A stretch of DNA of 64,000 bases from Octopus bimaculoides (taxonomy: Eukaryota): positions 72,613,673 through 72,677,672 of the forward strand of contig NC_068991.1 of the NCBI RefSeq assembly GCF_001194135.2, read 5' to 3'. Position 1 is the stretch's first letter; every line of letters starts with the position of its first letter. A program made the translations under genes and the position numbers. Below the pieces are notes generated by a model that was not told the DNA's origin, searched no databases, and saw only the letters and a list, made by a program, of their open reading frames with translations. Of the stretch, positions 56,432 through 64,000 are shown in pieces.

Positions 56432-57228
56432 AATAATAACAACAACAACAACAACAATGACGAAAAGGACAACGATGACAAATCCTGACGAAAGATTAGA
56501 CTCGATTCTGTCCTCGTATCTGCATTAAAATGAATTTCTGCTGAAGAGGTCTAATAATACACAAACATGCTACCAGTTTTCTCCCTGCATGCTAAACATA
56601 AAGTAAACTCGCTTACTTCATATCCTTATTGAAATTCATTTTCACTGATTTCAATTTGTCGTGCGTTGTTTTGCCGGTTGTTTTTAAGTTCGTTATCGCA
56701 AATGTCTCTCATTTATTAGCCTAGTAAATTGTATAAATTAAAAGTTTAAAGAATATATATTTTCAGCTCATTGTCTCATGTATGACAGGCTGCACTTAAC
56801 TTTGAGTTCTCTATGCAGAGGGTTGCCTTTGTGTAATAATGCATGGGCCTTGGTTAGTGTAGCGTTGCTGATGTGTTAGGTATTGTAACGTAACCGGGAT
56901 GTATGTGTGGATGTTTGTACAGTATATGTGTGTGATGCGTATGTGTGTGTGAGAGTGTGTGTATCTGTGCGTATCAGTGTGCATCTNNNNNNNNNNTGTG
57001 TAACTGTGTGTGAGTGTGTGTGTGTGTGTATGTGTGAGTGTGTGTGAGTGTGTGTGTGTGTGTGAGTGTGCACGTGTGTGTGTGCGTGAGTGTCGGTGTG
57101 TGTACGCATATAAGAGATAGAAACAGAGGAGGTAAGAAAAAGAAAGGAAGAAGGGAAGAAAGAGAGGGAGACAGTGAGATAGAGGGGAAGAGAGAGAAAG
57201 AAAGCGAGCAAGAGGGAGATAGAGATAG

Positions 57229-57278
<50 letters not shown>

Positions 57279-57844
57279 TGTGTATGGGACGATAGGGAAA
57301 CTATGAACATCGTTTTTGGTCTCTTCACAATTAAATCCGAACTAAAGAAGAGACAAAGAAAGGATTGTTTCAGTTTACGGAATTATGACGTCATAGGTAC
57401 ATCAAATATAATTCCTCCAATTCCTTTACTGTATTCCTACTATTTACCAATATTTCATTGAATAAGTAGAAACTCCAATGTATTGTTATAGACAATATGG
57501 CTGCTGTACAAATACCCGAGGGGGGCGTTCTATATTCTGCGTTACATCACTCCATGTAATTATATTAACTTTTCAGCATAGAAGGATCTTCCACAATTTC
57601 GTTTTTTTTCCATAAGTTAAAGGATATTATTTAATAATACGTTGATCGAAGTTGTTGTGGCTGTTCTTCACCTCCAGGTCAATTTTTGTCAGTCAAATGT
57701 ATGATGAAAAGCAATGCAGCCATGGCTGTTCCGTCTTATATTCGCACAATGTGTAGGTGTCGGATTGTGTCTTTCCGTGTCAAGGACAGTAAGGCTTGAT
57801 ATGGAAGCAATTTAACACATTGGTTGTTACGATATATTATCGTG

Positions 57845-58100
57845 TTGATGGCCGTCCATTTTTACGATGTGTAAGAATGGTGGGTGCCACCGCTCACAAA
57901 CAAGATTGCAAAGGAACAAAGAATACGCGAGCTGGGCAAATCCAGAGCCAAATAATCGCCAGCAGACTATTAATGCCCGACCTGTGACAGATCCTTCCGA
58001 GCAGGCATCGGACCGATCGGCCACAGCCGGGCACACCGTACTTCATCTTCTCCCATCTGATGTCCTTGGTCATCGTCTGCAACGACGGATGAACTAAGAC
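57845..58100 (+). mobile_element. RTE LINE 3' end inserted in an array module
   Basis: C-terminal zinc-finger-like CPTCDRSFRAGIGPIGHSRAH, then a short 3' UTR gtcatcgtc..gacggatgaac. Confidence 0.7.
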
Positions 58101-58302
58101 GAATTGTTATGAAGTATAAAAAGCTGAACTGTCACTTTTTCGCATCGTGATTACAACTACATTCTGTAATAATCTACAACCTAAAGAACATGATCTATCT
58201 ATCTATCTATCTGACTGGCTTGCTGGCTGGCTGGCTGGCTGGCTTTCTGTCTGTCGTCTCCTATAGATTTATATAAATTGTAGGGAGAGCAAAACAAAGA
58301 AA

Positions 58303-58396
<94 letters not shown>

Positions 58397-58859
58397 AGAG
58401 AGAGAGAGAGAGCGCGCGTAAGAGGGAGAGAGAGTAAGTGTGTGAGGCAGAGATAGAATGAGAGAAGAAAGATTGGAAATAAGAGAGGAAAAGAAAGGTA
58501 CTATGAAATACCGTCCTCGTATCACGACTGAGAAGACGCCGGAAAAATTTCATTTTGAGTTAAAAGTATTATGACGTAAGACATGTGGTTTGTAAACATG
58601 AAAGTTGAAAGATTCCAGGAAAATAACTCAAAATGAAACGTTCCCTATCCTCTTTAAGTTACCTATTTTTACTGGGACAGAATTTGGAACGAATTATATA
58701 ACGAGTTTGGTTACATCTAATGAGGAAGCCTCTTTGTTGACCTTACGGATTCATCTAAATTCTCGGAACTATATTCTCGATATTTTCCAATATTTCTATG
58801 GATTATGAAAATCCGCAGATCTTTTCTGTTGCTTTATTTTTTAATTTTTAAAAAAATTT

Positions 58860-59340
58860 TTGTTCTAATTGATTTCAAATTCGGTTTACCGATTTGGTCC
58901 TGTATGCTAATTATGGAAATGAAATTCATTTTTGCCGTAAATTAATAAAGAAAAAGTTAGTAGCTTTTAAAATTCGCAAATTTTAGGTAATTTTAGCCAA
59001 TCAAAAGTCACAGACACATTGGTGCCTGTTTATAGTAAACAAGCGAAGCTGTAGTCTGTTACCCGAACCACCGCCACCACGACCACGACCACGTGTATTT
59101 TTTTTCTTGCCTGTGACGACGAGTTCCAGTGTATTTTCGTGACCTTCGTTGTCTCATATTCAATATCTTCACCTGCACTTTCCAGAAACGGAGAACCTTC
59201 CCGATTGCTGTCGCTACTGATTTTGTTTGAAATTTTCATCAACTCATTTTCATAATTTTGAAAATTCATTAATTATTTAGATGAACTGAACTATTACTAC
59301 AGTATAATGCAGTCTCTTTTTGTAATTTTTCGCGAAAAAA
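58860..59340. mobile_element. Probable non-autonomous DNA-transposon-like repeat
   Basis: Composition is distinct from the array modules. The minus-strand ORF 59030-59269 has no recognisable domain. Family assignment not possible by eye. Confidence 0.3.
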
Positions 59341-59375
59341 TTTCGTTGAAGATTTTTCTCTTTTAAATTGCTTAC

Positions 59376-59482
59376 ATGCTCGTTCGATCGTTTCACATGA
59401 CTTTATGAATGAAATGGTATACAAGGTATGTAATACAGTTCGAGGAAGTCCACTTTCTACGGCCGTTTCCAGAGTTCATGTC
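59376..59482 (-). other. Exon-like segment with strong splice signals but a stop in every frame
   Basis: Branch-like tactaat, acceptor ttcttctacag|, donor CAT|gtaagc, 107 nt. Confidence 0.35.
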
Positions 59483-59769
59483 CTGTAGAAGAATTAGTAA
59501 AAGACTCAATAGGTTAATGCATGTGTTCCACCATTCCATGCTTTCCACTCATTTGCATACGTAAGAATGTATTTTTTTTGTATATATCCATCACTCTGTA
59601 AGAATAAAAAAAGTGTCAAGAATTTGATTTTATGAGGATACCTTTCCTGATNNNNNNNNNNNNNNNNNNNNNNNNNNNNNNNNNNNNNNNNNNNNNNNNN
59701 NNNNNNNNNNNNNNNNNNNNNNNNNNNNNNNNNNNNNNNNNNNNNNNNNCTCTTTCACCACAACTTTCT

Positions 59770-60005
59770 CTCACTCTTACTTCCTGTTTCTGTTGTGCCC
59801 GTAATTCAAAGGGTCAGTCTTGTCACACTCTGTGTCACGCTGAATATCCCTGAGAACTACATTAAGGGTACATGTGTCTGTGGAATGCTCATCCACTTGC
59901 ACGTTAATTTCACGAGCAGGCTGTTCCGTTGATCGGATCAACTGGAGCGCTTGACGTCGTGAGCGACAGAGTGCCAACAAGAAGAAGCTGTGTGCACGAA
60001 CCAAC
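59770..60005 (+). mobile_element. Third SINE-like family (3' part)
   Basis: attaagggtacatgtgtctgtggaatgctc..cacttgcacgttaatttcacgagcagg..; a degraded match lies near 19720-19850. Short (CAA)-like tail. Confidence 0.55.
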
Positions 60006-60838
60006 AAAGTAACATCGATGAGTCGTTCAACCTACGAGAAATAACAGCTAAATCTCCTTCGATTCTCACCTTACCGTCTTAAACAAAAAGAAACAATACA
60101 TTAGCTAATGTAGTCTTTGATATACAAAGAGACGAGATAGTCAGTGCTGGAGAGTCATTGATCACAGATATCTGCTCGATCAAATTTGCCAGGAAGCTAA
60201 ACAACAACAGCTTCAACAAAGAACTTTTAAATATGAACGGAGAAGCAGTTAGTAGATGTCACTTTGTGTGTGTGTGTTTGTATATGCTTGTCTGCGGTGT
60301 TTATCGTTGTATGTTATATTTTCCGGTTTCTTTTCATTTTTTATTCGTTCATTTGATAAATGAAGTTAATTGTGTATTTATTTAATGGTGCTTGTGTGTC
60401 TCAGTTGAATTTGTCTTCTTCCTCTAATTTCTTCTAGGAAAGTATCGAGTTTGTCGGCGTTAATAGCTCGTTTTTTCTTCTGTTTTTCTCTGGAATATTA
60501 CACTAAAATACTAAAGTTATTAAGTCCGTCCATTTTACGTAGCCTTGTTTTGTGTTGTTGTTTTGCCTTTGTTTCTCTGTTGATTTTTCGTTAGATTTGT
60601 TTCTGTTGTCTTCTGTAATATTTCATTTCTTTTAGGTTTGTATTTTTTCTCAATCAATTTCAAGCGACTGATAAGAAAAAAAAAGAGTATTTTCTTTTCG
60701 TGTTGTTATGGTTTCTTTTTCTATTTTTTTGTTCATTGCACACACACACACGCACACATACACACACATGCACACACACAGACACACACAAACACACACA
60801 CGGACGCATATATATATGCTTACATTTCTCTCTCTCTC

Positions 60839-60869
<31 letters not shown>

Positions 60870-61349
60870 NNNNNNNNNNNNNNNNNNNNNNNNNNNNNNN
60901 NNNNNNNNNNNNNNNNNNNNNNNNNNNNNNNNNNNNNNNNNNNNNNNNNNNNNNNNNNNNNNNNNNNNNNNNNNNNNNNNNNNNNNNNNNNNNNNNNNNN
61001 NNNNNNNNNNNNNNNNNNNNNNNNNNNNNNNNNNNNNNNNNNNNNNNNNNNNNNNNNNNNNNNNNNNNNNNNNNNNNNNNNNNNNNNNNNNNNNNNNNNN
61101 NNNNNNNNNNNNNNNNNNNNNNNNNNNNNNNNNNNNNNNNNNNNNNNNNNNNNNNNNNNNNNNNNNNNNNNNNNNNNNNNNNNNNNNNNNNNNNNNNNNN
61201 NNNNNNNNNNNNNNNNNNNNNNNNNNNNNNNNNNNNNNNNNNNNNNNNNNNNNNNNNNNNNNNNNNNNNNNNNNNNNNNNNNNNNNNNNNNNNNNNNNNN
61301 NNNNNNNNNNNNNNNNNNNNNNNNNNNNNNNNNNNNNNNNNNNNNNNNN

Positions 61350-61406
<57 letters not shown>

Positions 61407-61827
61407 TATATATTTACACACACACACATACACACACACAAACACACACGCAGACACACACTCACACATATACTTTTATATTTTTTTTGGTACTTTGCTG
61501 CATGTTGCACTACTGCTCTGTTCTCCGTTCTCCGTTCTCCATTCTCCAGTCCATCATATCTCTAATCGATGACACGGGTTGGGAAGGAAGGTGAACAGAG
61601 AAACTAAATCAAACAACTTAACAACTACCAACAACGTAATCGATCGTAATTCTTGTTTTCGTTTAATTTATGTATTTTTTCTTCTTCTTCCGAGGGAGAT
61701 CTCTGCAAGACTTGATGACATATAGGCGACTGCATCAGTCTTCATTTATATTCACCAGGCAATTTCTAATGGAAACACTTTGAACCGAGACAGCAATTAA
61801 GAAACTTTCTTCTTTTCCGCTGTTTAC

Positions 61828-61845
61828 CGCGATCCGCGCAGCCAT
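61828..61845 (-). CDS. Candidate first coding exon, MAARIA; alternative ATG|gtaagt at 61895-61897
   Basis: Minus strand gtaATGGCTGCGCGGATCGCG|gtaaac. A second option, tttcaATG|gtaagtc, lies 50 nt upstream. Confidence 0.25.
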
Positions 61846-62044
61846 TACTGGATTCCTGTATTCACGTCTGCCGTTAGTTCATTAATTGACTTACCATTGA
61901 AACTGTACAGCTTTTTACATCCTATTTGATTGTAGGATTTTTCAAAAGCTGTATCTCAGCTTAATGTGACAAGGCGTCGGTTATAGCAAAACGGAAATGT
62001 GAAGGCGGACTATTAATATTGAGCGAATGAAAAGACCGGGAAAG

Positions 62045-62073
62045 ATGGCGGAAACAGCAGAGCGCTGGATTAA
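62045..62073 (+). CDS. Candidate first coding exon, MAETAERWI(K/N)
   Basis: aaagATGGCG start context, donor AA|gtaaat. An in-frame upstream ATG would add MKRPGK. No downstream exon found in the window. Confidence 0.35.
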
Positions 62074-62334
62074 GTAAATGACTAAGATATTTAGTTTCGT
62101 TGCTATCTAATCTATGTATAAATACCAGCGATGTCAATTTTGTCTATTATTCCTTTGTGGTCGATGAAATAAATACCCCACGTGATATTGAGATTGACAA
62201 AGTCCTTCGCAATTTAGCAATTTCAGTTCCTCACTATCTTCTTCATTATATCATTGCAATTGTACTACTTCCATAATATCGTAACCATGATATCACGATC
62301 CGATATTCCAGTCAGCGAGTCAGTCAGCGAGCCA

Positions 62335-62488
62335 ACCAGCGAACCAGTCCGAGGGTGGCCATACATGGACATTGAAGGAAAAGGCGGCCTAACAAACATG
62401 GAAATACTAAAGAAAAGTATAGAAGTAGAAACTATTGACGAACTAGCAATATATATGGAGGACCGAGATATTTATAAGCGCTGGCCTA

Positions 62489-62545
<57 letters not shown>
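62335..62545 (+). mobile_element. Strongly 5'-truncated RTE-like LINE with (TAA)n tail
   Basis: GKGGLTNMEILKKSIEVETIDELAIYMEDRDIYKRWPK* runs directly into (TAA)n. Confidence 0.55.
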
Positions 62546-62720
62546 CCTTTCTACTAGAAGCGCAAGGCCTCAAATTTGGGGGAAGGGATTAGTCAATTGC
62601 ATCGACCCCAGCACTCAACTGGTACTTAATCTATCGACCCCGAAAGGATGAAAGGCAAAATCGACCTCGGCGGAATTTGAACTCAGCACGTAGCGACGGG
62701 CGAAATACCGCTAAGCATTC
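62545..62720 (-). mobile_element. SINE family B sharing the (TAA)n tract with the adjacent LINE fragment
   Basis: Colinear with family B, tail-to-tail with 62335-62545. Confidence 0.85.
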
Positions 62721-63408
62721 ATTCGTTTCCCGAACTCGTCAAGACGAAATCAAAATGGTAGAAACAGAACGTTTCGTTATTCATTTATATGAATCNNNNN
62801 NNNNNNNNNNNNNNNNNNNNNNNNNNNNNNNNNNNNNNNNNNNNNNNNNNNNNNNNNNNNNNNNNNNNNNNNNNNNNNNNNNNNNNNNNNNNNNNNNNNN
62901 NNNNNNNNNNNNNNNNNNNNNNNNNNNNNNNNNNNNNNNNNNNNNNNNNNNNNNNNNNNNNNNNNNNNNNNNNNNNNNNNNNNNNNNNNNNNNNNNNNNN
63001 NNNNNNNNNNNNNNNNNNNNNNNNNNNNNNNNNNNNNNNNNNNNNNNNNNNNNNNNNNNNNNNNNNNNNNNNNNNNNNNNNNNNNNNNNNNNNNNNNNNN
63101 NNNNNNNNNNNNNNNNNNNNNNNNNNNNNNNNNNNNNNNNNNNNNNNNNNNNNNNNNNNNNNNNNNNNNNNNNNNNNNNNNNNNNNNNNNNNNNNNNNNN
63201 NNNNNNNNNNNNNNNNNNNNNNNNNNNNNNNNNNNNNNNNNNNNNNNNNNNNNNNNNNNNNNNNNNNNNNNNNNNNNNNNNNNNNNNNNNNNNNNNNNNN
63301 NNNNNNNNNNNNNNNNNNNNNNNNNNNNNNNNNNNNNNNNNNNNNNNNNNNNNNNNNNNNNNNNNNNNNNNNNNNNNNNNNNNNNNNNNNNNNNNNNNNN
63401 NNNNNNNN

Positions 63409-63561
63409 GTATTTGTCTGAATATTTTTTTATTATACCTAAGGCACCTACTATAATAGGAATTGTTTCTGTTTTTAGATTCCACATTCGAGTTACCTCTA
63501 TTTCCAGGTCTTTGTATTTTGAAAGTTCTTCCATTTCTTTTAGGGAAACGTTGTCATCTGC

Positions 63562-63563
<2 letters not shown>
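63409..63563 (-). mobile_element. R4/Dong-type RLE retrotransposon C-terminal fragment adjacent to (TAA)n
   Basis: ADDNVSLKEMEELSKYKDLEIEVTRMWNLKTETIPIIVGALGIIKK contains the KE.EK..KY and IPIIVGALG motifs. Truncated by an assembly gap. Confidence 0.8.
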
Positions 63564-63624
<61 letters not shown>

Positions 63625-63739
63625 CATTATTATCATTATTATTATTGAGTGAAAGAGCAGTGCATGCCATCGAAGTGACATTGAGGTAAAATATAGTAGA
63701 AGACACTTGTCCAGCATATTTCATTTTCTTTTTCATGTA

Positions 63740-63892
63740 CTAGATGTCTGTACTCTAGGTGTAAAAGTTGAGAACTGACGCGGCCTACCAGCGCGAAAAT
63801 TCTCGCGCATACGCCAGAAGAGTGGCGCCACCACTTACCCAAAGGTTTTGCGAGAAGTTATAAAGTCAGATACTTTTTGAACTCACCTCGTA
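63740..63892 (-). mobile_element. Mariner-like DNA transposon terminal fragment
   Basis: Minus strand TA|CGAGGTGAGTTCAAAAAGTATC resembles mariner TIRs with a TA target. No second TIR or transposase seen. Confidence 0.45.
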
Positions 63893-63921
63893 TTAAAAAC
63901 TATATTGGATACATACATACA

Positions 63922-64000
<79 letters not shown>

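Larger units (their letters stand above)
33540..58820 (+). repeat. Degenerate same-orientation array of recurring 150-700 bp modules separated by microsatellites
   Basis: About 15 module heads share aaagaagacgcaggaa..ttatgacgtcatag..ctatattctcaatattttccaatatttc. Tails end in tatagatttatataaattgcag before (GA)n. Confidence 0.85.
61780..62080. promoter_or_regulatory. Candidate CpG-rich divergent promoter
   Basis: Local CpG cluster (accgcgatccgcgcagcc). YY1-like AAGATGGCGG at 62042-62051 on plus and AATGGCTGCG on minus near 61845. ETS-like CGGAAATG near 61992. Each ATG is followed shortly by a donor-like site, and the two face away from each other. Confidence 0.45.

Noticed and set aside
1070-63717. 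Long ORFs in the track full of X, YI, CV, HT, ER, SL, poly-L or poly-S
   Set aside because: They are translations of N gaps and simple repeats, not genes.

Overview
Eukaryotic, AT-rich, repeat-dense genomic DNA with about ten large assembly gaps. The SINE families and microsatellite load point to an octopus or other cephalopod genome (inference). No complete gene is visible. Nearly all ORFs in the supplied track are microsatellite or N-gap artefacts, apart from a few real retroelement fragments: RTE, R4/Dong-type, Penelope GIY-YIG and CR1/L2-like. Bases 1 to about 25.5 kb are CpG-poor and look like a gene body, with a few weak candidate exons and a UTR-like tract. From about 26 kb CpG is retained, and this part holds: a ~4.6 kb inverted duplication around a 45-bp higher-order minisatellite; several fold-back hairpins; a Penelope-type hammerhead ribozyme motif; a ~25 kb same-orientation array of degenerate modules that repeatedly keep a TGACGTCA palindrome; and a candidate divergent promoter near 61.8-62.1 kb. 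All alignments, identities and translations were done by eye, so boundaries are approximate unless splice or motif coordinates are given.
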